In this document: piece by piece, positions 25,601-37,694 of the stretch
Layout: the number at the start of each line of letters is the position of its first letter
Position numbering within the stretch: the stretch's first letter is position 1
From: Bispira polyomma
Taxonomy: Eukaryota
Assembly (NCBI GenBank): GCA_965649765.1
Contig: OZ287755.1
Coordinates: 2,170,001-2,234,000, forward strand
Direction of reading: 5' to 3'
DNA: 64,000 nucleotides
Position numbers and translations under genes: made by a program
Notes under the pieces: generated by a model
Told to the model about the DNA's origin: nothing
Database searches by the model: none
The model's input: the letters and a program-made list of their open reading frames with translations, nothing else

Positions 25601-28600
25601 AAAACACTACTAAAACAGCAAGTAGTTGACATCAATGGAAAGGGCTTAATAATATCACTTGACTGCACCTCCAATACTGCAATTCTCTTCTTCTTTGGGT
25701 AAACTTCTCTTATATCAACCAGGGACTTGTATATCGAAGCTCTCGTTGTGCCAACGAACACACTAAGTCTTGGTTAAGGCTTTAAGGCTTAATTTTGTGT
25801 AAATAGAAGAATTAGTTTAATGTAGGTTAACTTTGTTCACAAAACCCCCCAAATGAAACGACAACTCAGACCCTGTCGTTAGGTATCAGTTAGAGCATAT
25901 GTTCACAAATAAATCAATGGAAATAATAGTAAAAACTTCTAAAAAACAAAGATATGGTAATTATGCAATCATGCCCAGAAAAATCAATATAACTTATATG
26001 TGTTGGTCTCTGTATTTGCCAATGCACTCGGACAGATTTGTCATGATATCTGTGATAGAGTTTGTTGGGAGATGTGGATGAGTACATTGTGTTTACGTAT
26101 ATTTAATAGTTCTTTATGTATGATGCACATAACTTCTTGTTATACTAGATGGATCAATAACTCATATAAGACATCTAAAAAGCTTTGTTTTTGTTAAAAA
26201 GGGCATAATGTCTACATTAATATCATAACCACATTATATGATGCCATACAACCACACCAGTTAGACCTTCGTTTAGGCTGAACTAACGAAAACCCAACCA
26301 ATACTTTCCATTTACCCACAGAGTTGTTTAGTTCTAGTCTCGTACTTTGGTCATTACTACTAAGTTAGTTGGCATTTTAACTAATGTTTCCATTTACAGG
26401 GCCCTGTTACAGTCCATTTAAAACTAATTGTTGTCCAGGCTGTACTGACATATTTTTCTATACATCGAACATTACATCCACTTCCTATTCACTGTCAAAT
26501 TTTGTTTAAATTCTATACAGCCATATGCAAAGCTGTTGTCTCTCAAAATTCCTACCTTGCAACTTGACCTTCTTTCACCAACATTAAGAGGGTAAAAATA
26601 CGTTCTGTTTTCTCTGTAAAACCAGGGTTGGTTCTAGAGCTTTCTCTGTTGCTGTCCATATGTTATGCAATACTTTCTTAGCTGGGCTTCCATTAATTCT
26701 GCGGTTTATGAAACAATCGCTTTGAACTAGTTAGTTCCTTCCATGTACACCCCACATTGTATTGTGTTGGATTGTATTGTACATTTTTAACGCACCTTAT
26801 CGATGCTAGGCATCTTCTAAGGCGCAACATCAGAATCAATCAGCCAATAGAAAAATTAAAAATATAGCCAGGTCGTAAGGATGGATGCATCAGCGACCAG
26901 GAAGAGGACTACGGCGGATAGGCAAGCCTGAAGAGATATTTTTTAACAGATATTTTTTAAGCTTTCTCCTGAAACCAGAAAGTGTTTCAAGCAGTCTAAG
27001 TTCCACTGGCAGCCTGTTCCATAACATAGGGGCCGCAACTGAGAAGGCTCTAGTTCCAACTCTCTTGGTGGGTTTTTTAGAGGAAACAGAGAGTCTTTTT
27101 CCCCTTGTAAGGCTACTGAAGGAGAGTTTAGTAGCGAGGTAGTGAAGCTGTTGAGAGACAACAATCTCGCAATTTGATTTTTTGGGTTCTAAGAGCAAGG
27201 TACGATTTGATCCAATCAAGGATAGTGCCATTAAGACCAAACCACTATTTTAGAGTGTCAAAGAGTAAGACATGGTCGATGGTATCAAAAGCTGCGGAGA
27301 GATCGAGAAGGGTGAGGGCTACAGTTTTATCACGATTCAAGGCAAGGTTAATGTCATCACTGATTGAAAGGAGGGCACTCTCCGTGGAGTGAAATTTTCT
27401 GTAGGCAGATTGGTGGCAGTTAGCTAGATTTTGTTTATTAAGGCGGTGATGAATTTTTTTAGCAACAGCTTTCTCAATGAATTTAGATACAAAGCTTAGG
27501 CTAGAGACTGGTCTATAGTTTTTAGCCCATTTTTGTCAAGGTCTGGTTTTTTCAGCAAACGGGCAACATAAGCAGTTTTGAAACAAAAGGGAAATATACC
27601 GTCTCTAAGCGAAAAATTTATGATGTTGGTGATAGGATTTATGAGAATGTCTATACATTCTGTGAGAACAGCGGCAGGGATAGGATCCAGTTCACAGGAT
27701 TTGATGGAGTTGGATTTTATGAGTTTGAGAACATCATTCTCCGAAAGTGGGTTAAAATATAGCAGATTTGAGACTTTATAGCCAGGGCATGGTGGAGAGA
27801 ACTGTAGCATTGTTGAAAAACCTTCTCAAATTTTAGTTATTTTTTCAATGAAAATTTTCCAAATTTTTTGCAAGAAATGTGAGGCAATGATTTTCAGGCA
27901 AAACTTTTTCAGCTGTGTGGTGGAGTATTTTATTTATAGAGCTCCATAACATTTTTGGGTAATTTGAATTCTCATTGATGATCGAATCATAGTGCTCTTT
28001 GTTGGCTCTGGTCATTAGTGCATTGAAGTGGTTTGTGGCGATTCTGTAGCGCTTCCTGTCAAGTGATGATTTAGTGCGCCGCCATTGCTGCTCAAGTTGA
28101 CCTTTTAGCTTTCTTGATGTCTGGGTTGGTCCATTCATGGGGGTCAGAAAGTGGGAGGGTTTTAGAAACCCAGGGAGCATGACTGTTAAGGATTGAAGAC
28201 AAAGTGTGGTTATATTGTTGACTGAGACTTGCCGCATTTTTACAAGGGTGTTTAATGAGGCGAGAAGCAAGTATGTCATCCCGAAATTTGGAAATATTAA
28301 TTTTCCTGATGTTGCGGAATTTTATTACCTTAGGTTTGTGTGACAGTGGTTTGGGCAGCACGAGATGTGCAAAAGTGGCAAGATGGTCAGATACCCCGTC
28401 AGTAAGCCATACATCCTGTATCAGCTTAGACTCTGGTCGAGCAATGATAAGGTCAAGAATGTGGTTATGGAGATGAGTCGGACAGGAAATAAACTGTTTG
28501 AATTTAAAGATATTCAAGAGGCTGTAAAAATCTTTAGTTATCGTCTTATTGATGTCGACTTTGATGTTGAAGTCACCAAGTACAATTGTTTTCAATGGGA

Positions 28601-31600
28601 GGAGGTTTATAGATTCAAGGAAACCAGAAAAGTCTTGATTGAAGGCAGACATAGAAGGGTTAGGTGGACGATAGCTGGGAAGAAACTAAAAATTATTGAG
28701 ATCCATTTGAAATTTTGCACGTAATACATTCGAAAGATGGAGGGTAATCAATATTGAGAATTTTGCTTGAAAGAGTACTTTTGACAAAGATAGCAACACC
28801 CCCCTCCCCCACGCTTGACAGGCCTAGGGGAGTGGTACAATCTATAACCTGATGGTGTGATTTCAGAAAGGAATGCAGAAGTATCCATTAAGCTGAGCCA
28901 GGTCTCAGACACACAGGCCACATCAAGGTCTTGTGTTTCAACAAGGGCAGTGACTGAAGGCACCTTATTGCGGATAGATCTGGCATTAAAGGCACCAATT
29001 TTTAGATTTGATTGGAAAGGCCCAGGGTTTATTTGAACATCGCCACAGAGAGCAGTAAGTAATGGAATCCATAGGTTTTTAACACGTGGGTTTGGACGGC
29101 GAAACATGTGTAGTTTAAAACAGAGAAAGACTGTATTTATGTTGTCCAATTGTGGTAAAAAAGAATGGCACATTGTGATTTGAGATGGATATTGTTGGTG
29201 AAAATTTTAACAAAAGTTTCAGGAAAGGATCCTAGTGATGACTAGAATGAAACATGGCAACAGTATTTTCAACATAACTGAAAAAGGAAAAAAGTATATA
29301 TTTAAGTATGCCAGCGATACTAGTAAATAACTACCAGGAATTAAACTAAAACTAGAAGGAAAGCTACCAAAAATTGACCGAAACTAGAAGGAAACTAGAA
29401 AGGAAAACTAAAAGAATTGACAAAAACTAGAAGGAAAACTAGAAAAATATTTACTATGTATACCAGCAACTAAAAAGGAAAACTAGAAAATTATTTACTA
29501 GATATATCAGCAATGCAATGATGAACGACCCACTCCTAACCCCCCAAAAAAACAACCCACCCCAAAACAACCCACCCCAAAATATGATGTACGACCCACT
29601 CCCACCCAGACAAAAACAACACAGTGCTAAATGTGCAGTATTAACAGTATTGCCCAAATATATATATTGTTCCACTCCCGCCAAATGGAATGGACGATAG
29701 TGCTAAATATGGGTCCCTAAATATGCAGTATTAACAGTATTGCCCATATATATATATATATTGTTCCACTCCCGCCAAATGGAATGGACGATAGTGCTAA
29801 ATATGGGTCCCTAAATATGCAGTATAAACAGTTTGTATTGTACCACTCCCCGCTAAACGGAATGGACGATGATAAGGTACTTTTACAATAAAGAGATTTA
29901 AAACATAAACGGAGATTTTAGACAATTTTAATATTGTTTTAATGATTTCTAAAAAGGATATAAAGAGATTTAAAACATAAACAGTGAATATAAGCAATTT
30001 TATAGTAAATCTCGTATTGATTTTCCAAAAAGCGGCTTCTCCCGGTGAACGCTAAACGCCAGAGTATAGAACATCCGTCCTTACAACATTAGCTTTGATT
30101 TTTTTAGACTTATTTTAAGGTTAATTAATGCTGCTGTTGTATGTACAAGATGATTTGTTTGTTTTTTTCGGTGTTTGACTTTCAAATCAACATATTCAAA
30201 ATGCATGATTTTATTTTCATGTAATTTCAAAGAAATTAATAATGAGCATCTCTGATGCATTATTTTACATAATACTATTACTTAAGAATGTACTTCTATT
30301 CACACAAAACAGGGGTGTAGTCCATGGAGGTCAAAGACATTACACTTCTACAATACTGGACTGGCGTTTGAAGCTATTATGACATTTGCTAGACCATCAC
30401 TTTCCAAGAAGTTGTTGGACAGAGTAAGGCCTATTAGTAACTTAACATTAACACATTTGTTTACAAATATATCATAATTACGGTATTAACTTTAATGGAT
30501 TTTAAAATGAAGCCAAAAATTTTCTTCACAATTTAACAATTTCCAAAATGTTTGGGTTTTTATAAATCTGGCCATTTGAAAAAATATTTCAAAGTGAAAA
30601 TATTAGTAGTGATCATATTTCCTCTGGTTATATGCAAACCACTCCATTAATTTCAAAACAGTGCACAAGTTTGTGATATTTTTACAAATTGACAAGGCTA
30701 CAGCTCTCCCATTATGATTTAGAAATAAGTAATGATAACACTTGAACCTAAAAATATTGTTATTTTAATTTTTTTATTTTAAACAGATCAGTTAGTTTAT
30801 ACAAAGCAATATATGTAGCTTTTTGTAGTTGTTATTATTGACAGATCATCACACATGACACACTAGAGACGGTGTACAAACATATCCCCATGGAGTATCT
30901 ACCTACAGAGTATCTCCCAGATGATTACACAGGACCTAATGCTGGGTCATTGACTGATTTAATACGTAAGTAATGTTGCATTGGTGACATTATGTATCAA
31001 TCTATGTCAGAGTTTTATCATACCAAATTTTCTTATTGTCAAACTGTAAGTGGAACAATCCCCAAAAGAATTAAAACAAATTTGGAAGACCAGACTCTTG
31101 TTGATAATTAAGATGCACTCTTATTTAAGTAAGTCAACTTAGTCACTTACTTCAGAAGAATGTTTATTGTTGACAAAGACTCAATTTCCCTTGTGCTAGA
31201 TAAATGCACAATAGAGGCTGGTGTAATGCCAGATTTTGCATCACCATAAAATGCTTTAGGGGTTGTAAAATATGGTAAATCTCTTGCCACATTGTGCACC
31301 TCTTGCCATATGTTACACCCCCTTGCCATATGTTACACCCCCTTGCCATATGTTACACCCTCTTGCCATATGTTACACCCCCTTGCCGTATTTTACACCC
31401 CTTGCCGTATTTTACGCCCCCTCTCATATTTTAGACCCCCTGCCATATTTTAAACCTCCTTGCCATATTTTACACCTCCCTCACAAGTATGGACACAGCA
31501 CATGTATTTCTAAAGATATTTCTGTGTTTCTATTAAACCATTATTTGATTATTTTAGGTTAAATACATTTATAATGTAAGTTTATGTGATTGTAATTCTC

Positions 31601-33662
31601 TTTTAAAATTTGTCCTAAATTGCTGTAAGATGACAAAAAGCTTTTCTTTTCACTTTTTCCTTTTTCACTTATTAATTAACTACACCTTGATATAATGGGG
31701 AGCCATGTATAACTTGATTTGTTTATATGGACTAGATCTGTGATCAACTAGCTCAACTGGATTTAGTGTTAGTAATTATAATTGAAGTTAAGTGGGAAGC
31801 CACAACTGTATGTCGATTTATTTCATTTCAACCGACGAGTGACTTAATCATAATTAATATATCATAACTACATCTGTTTCTATTCCTTTTTATATTTGTT
31901 TATATTAAATATAGCTTCGGTGTCATGTGGCTATGCAATTATGTAGATAGTTTAAATAGACAAGAGAAAGGTTACTGAATGCTAGATATTGTTTGTATCT
32001 TTTTAATTTATAAATACAATTTAATAAATTTTCATTACCTTTTCCTGTTTTATGTTTGTTTATACAAAATATATTTGATGTACCTTCTGGCTATGTAAAT
32101 TATGTAGACAGTAATAGAAGTGTGATTTAAGTATGTGATCTCCTTCTACAAATGTATTCTTACATATATTGGTTCAAAACAAAATATATACAAATCAATT
32201 GGTTTTGTCATTTTACCATGTGTTTTAAATCATGGACGTTTTGTTTCACACAATTATTTAATAGAGTCTAAATAAGGTATAAATAACATAGGTGAAGGCG
32301 AAACAATGCCCTAAACTTAATTGCAATTCCTCAAGAAAGAATAGATATCACTGATTTAATCATCAAAATTGAGTAAGGGTGCACTTTACGATGGAGTGTC
32401 AAATATAGCGGTCATATTTAGTCCCCCTTAATCCCCCATTGTTGGGAGTGCAAAATATGGCAGCCATATAATGCTGTAAAAGATCAAACAGAGGGTGTAA
32501 AATATGACAGCGTTGTAAGATAAGGCGTTACACCGGCACCAGACTAATACAGAGCACTTGGTGCTCAATTTCAGTGGTTTTAGTGGTGTCTCTAGTATTT
32601 AGACAATATTATCTGTGTGTAAAACTATTCAGATTCAAAATATTTAGTGATCAAGTTGCAATCTTTGCTATGGTCACAGGAGCATCCGCGGTAGCAATTA
32701 CCGGTTGCTTTCAAGTTACAACAGGAAAAGACAAAAAGTTCCACTTAACAAATTTATTTTACAATTAAAATAAGAATTACAGTCAACTAAGATACTCTTA
32801 ATAGTTCATATAATAGTACAGTAATACAATAATGAAACCAATCTGACCTGACCACAGTCCTGTCCATATAATTAACAGTTAAACAAGTTTCTCCACTGTA
32901 TCCAGCAATCTGTCTTAAGATCCATTTGGTGTCCAATAACACACAATGCCTGTATCCTGTTATCTATTCGGTGTCCACGAATATGTAGCAGTTCCCCTCT
33001 CCGGTACAACCTTAACTTTATCCAGTTTACTCTAATGAGTTCACCACAAAATGTATATAATATCCAGTTTATATCGACTTGACACAGAAATAAAGGGTTT
33101 CACAATATAGCAATCCGGATAGCATACTAACTCAATAAACTTTAGTCTATGGCCAGGCTTTCAACCCTTATATATACTGGAGATATAGAAGGCCCCGGAA
33201 AGAAATGTAAACAGGTCAACACAACTCCAATAAAAACACAACACAGAACCAGCTTCTAAAAGCTTAGGGATTTTCCCCAAATCTATAAATAGATCACTTT
33301 AGCCGAGTGTAAGAAACATCAGTACCAACTAGATCAGTTCTCCACTGACATACAACAATCTCCTTTTATGTACCATCATTGAACCAATGTTAGATTTAAT
33401 TCCTGATTTCTACCATAAATTAATGGCCTCGCCTAGATAATTTACAGTTGCTGAGATCGCTCTTAAATCTATCTAAGTTAAAAATCTTGCATTGACTTGT
33501 AGTGTTTATTTATTCTTTTCAGGTGATACCATTGAGGAGATTAAACAGGATGATTTTAGACAGAACATGCTATATAGGTCTAGCACATCATTTGGTATCA
33601 AGAACAGTAAACATCACCAGCCAGCGAAAACAGAACACTTCAGAAAACTCAATGTGGACTGA
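10626..33662 (+). CDS. CRAL-TRIO domain lipid/retinoid-binding protein (alpha-tocopherol transfer protein-like/clavesin-like), paralog 2, 314 aa
   Basis: Exons joined by hand with GT-AG introns and consistent phases: 10626-10782, 23751-23910, 24190-24251, 25340-25533, 30313-30423, 30845-30965, 33523-33662 (945 nt). Motifs: AKEELNENP..ALRDWI..QPHL, LQYLRGFKFS (CRAL-TRIO N), QVNGFVFLFDFTG, SPWRSKTLHFYN, ARPSLSKKLLDR, HIPMEYLPTEY, C-terminal FRKLNVD. Confidence 0.9.
10840..11400. repeat. Degenerate ~20-bp GT-rich tandem repeat (tgtatacattggtgtatgtag) just after the exon 1 donor
   Basis: Direct reading; includes a duplicated acaagaactagaac..gaacttt block at 10926 and 11097. Confidence 0.8.
11862..11985 (+). 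mobile_element. Short LINE RT fragment
   Basis: Translates GTLQNWFEHYLKRRNQKVVIGGQSSDSNTITCRVPQ, matching the W..SYL..R.Q.V...GVPQG segment of CR1-like RTs. Confidence 0.6.
14010..15050 (-). mobile_element. 3' fragment of an L1/Tx1-clade LINE (zf-RVT region)
   Basis: ORF 14218-14535: WLQYRIIHRILGTNKLL...CSFCKSWPETIVHLFAECP..W. Adjacent frameshifted pieces continue to FTKQWSKFSRL..* near 14011. Confidence 0.85.
17477..18469 (-). CDS. Tyrosine recombinase (YR) of the Ngaro-like element, 330-codon open frame
   Basis: Catalytic-type residues R (FLRNSNL), K (KWSKT), HxxR (HCFR), H/W (HGCWKSD) and Y (AYL). The annotated start is GTG, so the true start is uncertain. Confidence 0.8.
   Translation of the reverse strand: MGTTEEVQPLICKAIERLKDNHRPRTNRQYDSQMRLYMAFILYYNVKETFGIRTVLAFFYVFFLHQKRLSYKVINNYLATIRYYAKKFAVFDTQLYDHRIVLFQRSIMLTSNFKPIPKSVFDIYQLHTISRHCQITHFPELYRTAFLFAFFCFFLRNSNLTPSSLDGFDSTRLITRSDILFESPRLHLVLKWSKTIQTRSNHNIIQLPALNNPWLCPVIAVRALFNKYPLPLHAPLLANPKNIGKCTTDSQLRLILKDILTKSQIPHTGHSFHCFRMSGASLAFNSNVKLHNIEKHGCWKSDAVWAYLESTSHAASIIPDTFVAIIPPSF
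18943..19260 (+). mobile_element. 5'-truncated 3' tail of the L2/CR1-like LINE family, inserted in the Ngaro RNase H region
   Basis: KRVGSRAFSVAAPMLWNSLP..LKTYLFRLAYPP*, then a 3'UTR and a tacaa-repeat tail. Closely matches the reverse complement of 26757-27095. Confidence 0.9.
26605..26690 (+). mobile_element. Short fragment of the same L2-like tail
   Basis: ttttctctgtaaaaccagggttggttctagagctttctctgttgctgtccatatgttatgcaata resembles 18950-19030. Confidence 0.55.
26757..30084 (-). mobile_element. L2/CR1-clade LINE with 2A-like/APE/RT ORF, internally deleted and frameshifted
   Basis: GDVQINPGP, FNARSIRNK, VSETW, GGGV, LGDFN, LDLII, SDH, SCELDPIP, HSTESALL, LDLSAAFDTIDH. The RT core is deleted at ~27140. 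3' tail of tacaa repeats at 26757-26785. The 5' boundary (~30084) is approximate. Confidence 0.88.
29623..29872. repeat. Three ~80-95-bp tandem copies in the LINE 5' region
   Basis: Unit gtgctaaatatgggtccctaaatatgcagtattaacagtattgccc..ttccactcccgccaaatggaatggacgata. Confidence 0.85.
31218..32536. mobile_element. Non-autonomous TIR DNA transposon with subterminal 21-bp repeats
   Basis: ctggtgtaatgcc (31218) versus ggcgttacaccgg (ends 32536). Tandem ttgccatatgttacacccc repeats at 31283-31480 are mirrored by gggtgtaaaatatg motifs at 32390-32520. Confidence 0.7.
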
Positions 33663-36050
33663 ATCTACATGCAAAGTTTAAACTCAAAGTTTTAAACCTA
33701 AACTTGTAACACTTATCTTCCAATATATTGTGTTGTATCTCTGTGTACTAAAAAGCTTTATAAAAGGAATATTGGATAACAGAATACATCTTTCATTTCC
33801 TCAAAGAACCTTGATTAAAATAAATAGAACCATATCCAGATTATTCTAGATATGTTAATGTAGTACATGAGATCAATTAACCCAAAAACGACATTGATCG
33901 ATTCATGTAATTTGCATTCTATTATTATTATTATATAATTAGCAATTAGAGCATTCTTAGGTTTTCAATAATATTTGGCGAATTTGTTTATTAATTGTGA
34001 CATCAATTTGGTAAACAGTATAGCAAGAACATAAATATCGACTAGAAATTATACTTTTATGGAATTTGCTTCTCAATTTACATAATACAAGAAACAAATA
34101 ACACTGAAGATGAACTCCACTTTCTATTTACATGTAAATAGAAAATGACTTTAAAAGTATTTTGATAAATCAAGTAAAACAATGTAATAGTGATTTTATG
34201 CATCTAAGTTTAATAGCTAAATTAATACTAAATTAATATGAATACCCTTTGTTTTTTAGAATTGTATAAGTAAAGCTTTCAAAATACGAGTTTCTACATA
34301 CTGAAATGTTATAAATGTTACCATGGTAGTAATTAAATATGTGCTAATTCTTGTCTCTAATGTGTGTTTCATTGTATGTGATAGTAAAATGTAAAGGTCA
34401 AACTCGGTGTCACCAGATGTGACATTTGGTATATAGTATTTCTTTCTCGGTTTCTATTATTTTAAAGGGGCTGGTAAGGGGGTCTGGGTGTTATCATGTA
34501 TTTACTCCAACCTGTAACCAAACTACTGTAACACTTGTCACTTGAATAAATAAATGATATAGATTTTTGTACTAATGGAAATAAGCAAAACATGGTGACA
34601 GAGCTTTCAGCGAGGAACTGAAATATGTACCCAATGTCTACATATATTAGTTGCACACATCAGGACATATTTGGAGATTATTGTTAGATTAGGTTTAATA
34701 CATTTGAAAAATACAGTCCCTGAGATTCAATAATTGTAGAATGAATTTGTAAATGTGAAATACATCAGAAACACAATGTTGTCAAACTTTAATATAACAC
34801 AGATTGCATCCTAAACCCTATTGCAATATGATATATGTGTATATGTCTTTAACTGCAGCATAATAAGTTTTATTGTTTGCTTACACTAAATTGTGATTGA
34901 CATTCAAAAATGCCTATAACATTACTAATTAACTATACTATTACTAATATTATTAATATTGGCCTGAGCACAATTATTAAAAAAGATACACGTTTTAAAA
35001 GTAACACAATAGTCCCAATTCTCAAACTCTCTCACATTTAATACTAAAAAAAACGTTCATGTCACATTTTATACACAAAGGTTATAATAATTATAAAATA
35101 AATAAAAACATCCATCATATATTGAAAAAGCCTGAAATAATTGGTCAAATATGCCTTGATACTTCACACATATAATATTGTTTTGAAAGGGAATCGTTGG
35201 TTGCTCTTCAGAGATTTTAATGCCTTTTAAGAAGTGATAATGGTAGTTCAGGTGGCAGGCAGCGGATCAGTCATCAACCTAGTTTTTCTAGACAGGTGGT
35301 TGCACTACTATGTGGTGGCCTGATCAGGTTAGACTGTTCATCGATGTTGTCTTCTCAGAAAAACGGTTCTAAAAACCATTTTTGACAATTATAAATATCT
35401 TTCACCAACAAGACTTTTAAAAATATAATTTATCCAAAAAAGTCTCATAATTAAATTTCAAGATAAATTCATAATTGATTGAAAAATTATTTTCAAATGA
35501 ATGTCCTTTGTCGAATATTTAGATTAAAGAATACCTACATTCTGACTTACACACTATTTCATGCAATAATATTTATATAACTTTGTACTTCTGTCCTGCT
35601 GGTAGCAGTACGCCACTTATTTGACCTAGTATGAGACAAGTAACCTGGTTTACACTGTCATTTTATTTCCAGCTCATGGCTCAGACATTCCAATACAAGT
35701 TTCAATAGTGTGACATAGAATTTTGCCTTAGTGCATACAATATTTGCTGCATGTACTTTAAAGTCTAAAGTAATAATTATAATTAACAATACAAATTAAA
35801 GTTTACCGATGTCTCACATTAACAACACTAGACTCTGACAAATCTTTGAGGGTTGGCTTATCACCAGCATTAGTTGCCTATGTATTTAATGGGTTGATAT
35901 TCTTATAGCAGAAACAATACTTGTGGTTAGTGGCCACTTGGACATTGTGGTTAGAAGTGAAACTTTTAATTCACTTGTTTCTGAACTCAAAATTGAACTG
36001 TATTTAAATTAAAATACACTGGTGTTTAATTAGGTGGTGCCAATGGGGAT
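32075..36050 (+). repeat. Segmental duplication copy B (3' part of paralog 2)
   Basis: Collinear with 1-3906 apart from a solo-LTR insertion (32666-33375), a ~290-bp deletion near 34093 and a non-homologous block at ~34860-35110. Confidence 0.9.
32666..33375 (-). mobile_element. Solo LTR of the same family as the 55061-61767 Gypsy element
   Basis: Reverse complement aligns end to end with the 820-bp LTR (cgcggtagcaattaccggttgcttt; ttccccaaatctataaatagatcact). TG...CA ends. Degenerate flanks atctt/tcatt. Absent from duplication copy A. Confidence 0.92.
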
Positions 36051-36495
36051 TAGATTTAGATGTCTTAATGAAAAAAGACAACAGATTGATGAACTTCTGA
36101 AAAATGGATGCTTTGTCCAGATTGTAACGATCGTAATATATAAGCGTATACTAGTTCCTTGTGTACCGATAATGCACTTGTTAATAATGGAAAAAAGTAT
36201 TAATAAAGACAACCCACGTATTTGGACTATTAGACAAAACAAATAATGACGTCATGATTCGATTTTATCAAAGATATAATAAAAGGTATATATAAAAGTC
36301 TATACAATTAAAGATCTTCAATTCTGCACGAAAAGAAATATAATCTCATATCTGTGTACTTTGTGTGTGTGTTCACTGATCAATACACAAATGAACTACT
36401 TCTCATATTAGTATTAATTGTATTCTAGAACGTGACAGATTACGTAGCGTGATACATCATTTGATTATATATAATCTTCATAAGAAACCAAGCTA

Positions 36496-37191
36496 ATGCC
36501 GTGGTCACATTGGGCTTACGTTTCGATTACACAAAAATAATGGCTAACGTAAGGTCAAACATAAGCATTTGCATACTGAACATAGTGTAGTTAATTCCGT
36601 GGTCACATTTAATGCGTTTGCATTACAGTTTTTTTCATAAACAGGATAAAACGAATTGAAAAACTATGGAAAAATTGGGAAATGTAGCAAAAAACTAGGT
36701 ATGGGCCGTTTTGTACACATTAAGTACGCATCTGTACACGTTTGTACATGCATTTATTACGTTTTAATAGCCGTTTCAATAATGTTTAACTTGTTAGCCA
36801 CGTTTTGACAATATGTTAGCCTCATTAGCCACGTTAGCCACGTTTTTAGCAATATGTTAGCAAGGCCTTTAAACCTGTTACAGTCTCATTCTCCTCATTT
36901 TTAACATTTGTAAACCCGTTTTATTCTCATTATCCTTGTCCTTAATATTATTTGTAGGTATAATTCTTTTTACTCCCGTCCTTTATATCAAATACGTATT
37001 GAATACGTGTCATACGTTTGCTGCGAACGCAGCACTCATTGCCAGAAAATTTGTATAAAAGAACGTCTATAAAATGGCCCATACATTGATTTTTTGCTAC
37101 ATTTTCCTGAATTTTACCTAGTTTATTTCCATTTTCGTACATTTATGGAATTTTAAATGTAACACAAACGTGCTCAGTGTGACCACAGCAT
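36496..37191. mobile_element. MITE/foldback element with long imperfect TIRs and a doubled left end
   Basis: atgccgtggtcacattgggc (36496) and a second attccgtggtcacatt (~36594) versus gctcagtgtgaccacagcat (ends 37191). Internal inverted match 36661-36718 / 37065-37124. TA flanks. Confidence 0.7.
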
Positions 37192-37694
37192 TAGATAAAA
37201 AACCAAATCAAATAATGTGGGTTTTTTTCTGATTATTTGATTTGACTTCCATCTTGACACAATAACCTGGGTATTGGATTTTGTTCTGTGTTTATTACAT
37301 ACTTAGTCACAGTACAAAATACTTTAAGTCCATATACAAACACAATGTATTGATTATCATTGAGAACTACCAAGGTCTATTTCTGTACAGTACCTTATTG
37401 GGGCGTGTGTACTTCTGAGCTCTATATGATATGTGTGTAGTATGTCCAATATATAAAGACAGATGATATAGTTAAGTACACTGTCTTATTAGGTATAATA
37501 ACGAGTGCTTCTTAACCAGTGGATTTGTATTCTAAACACTGTGTCTGTATATAACAGGGACTTTATATACAGATTTACGTGCAATATAGTTTTTGTGTTG
37601 ACGTGGGATAAATTGATCTACACTGCGCCTAACTGCTGTGCAGACGTATTGGTAGGTAAAACAAGACAAACCCTTGTTATGCACTGTTTTCCTG

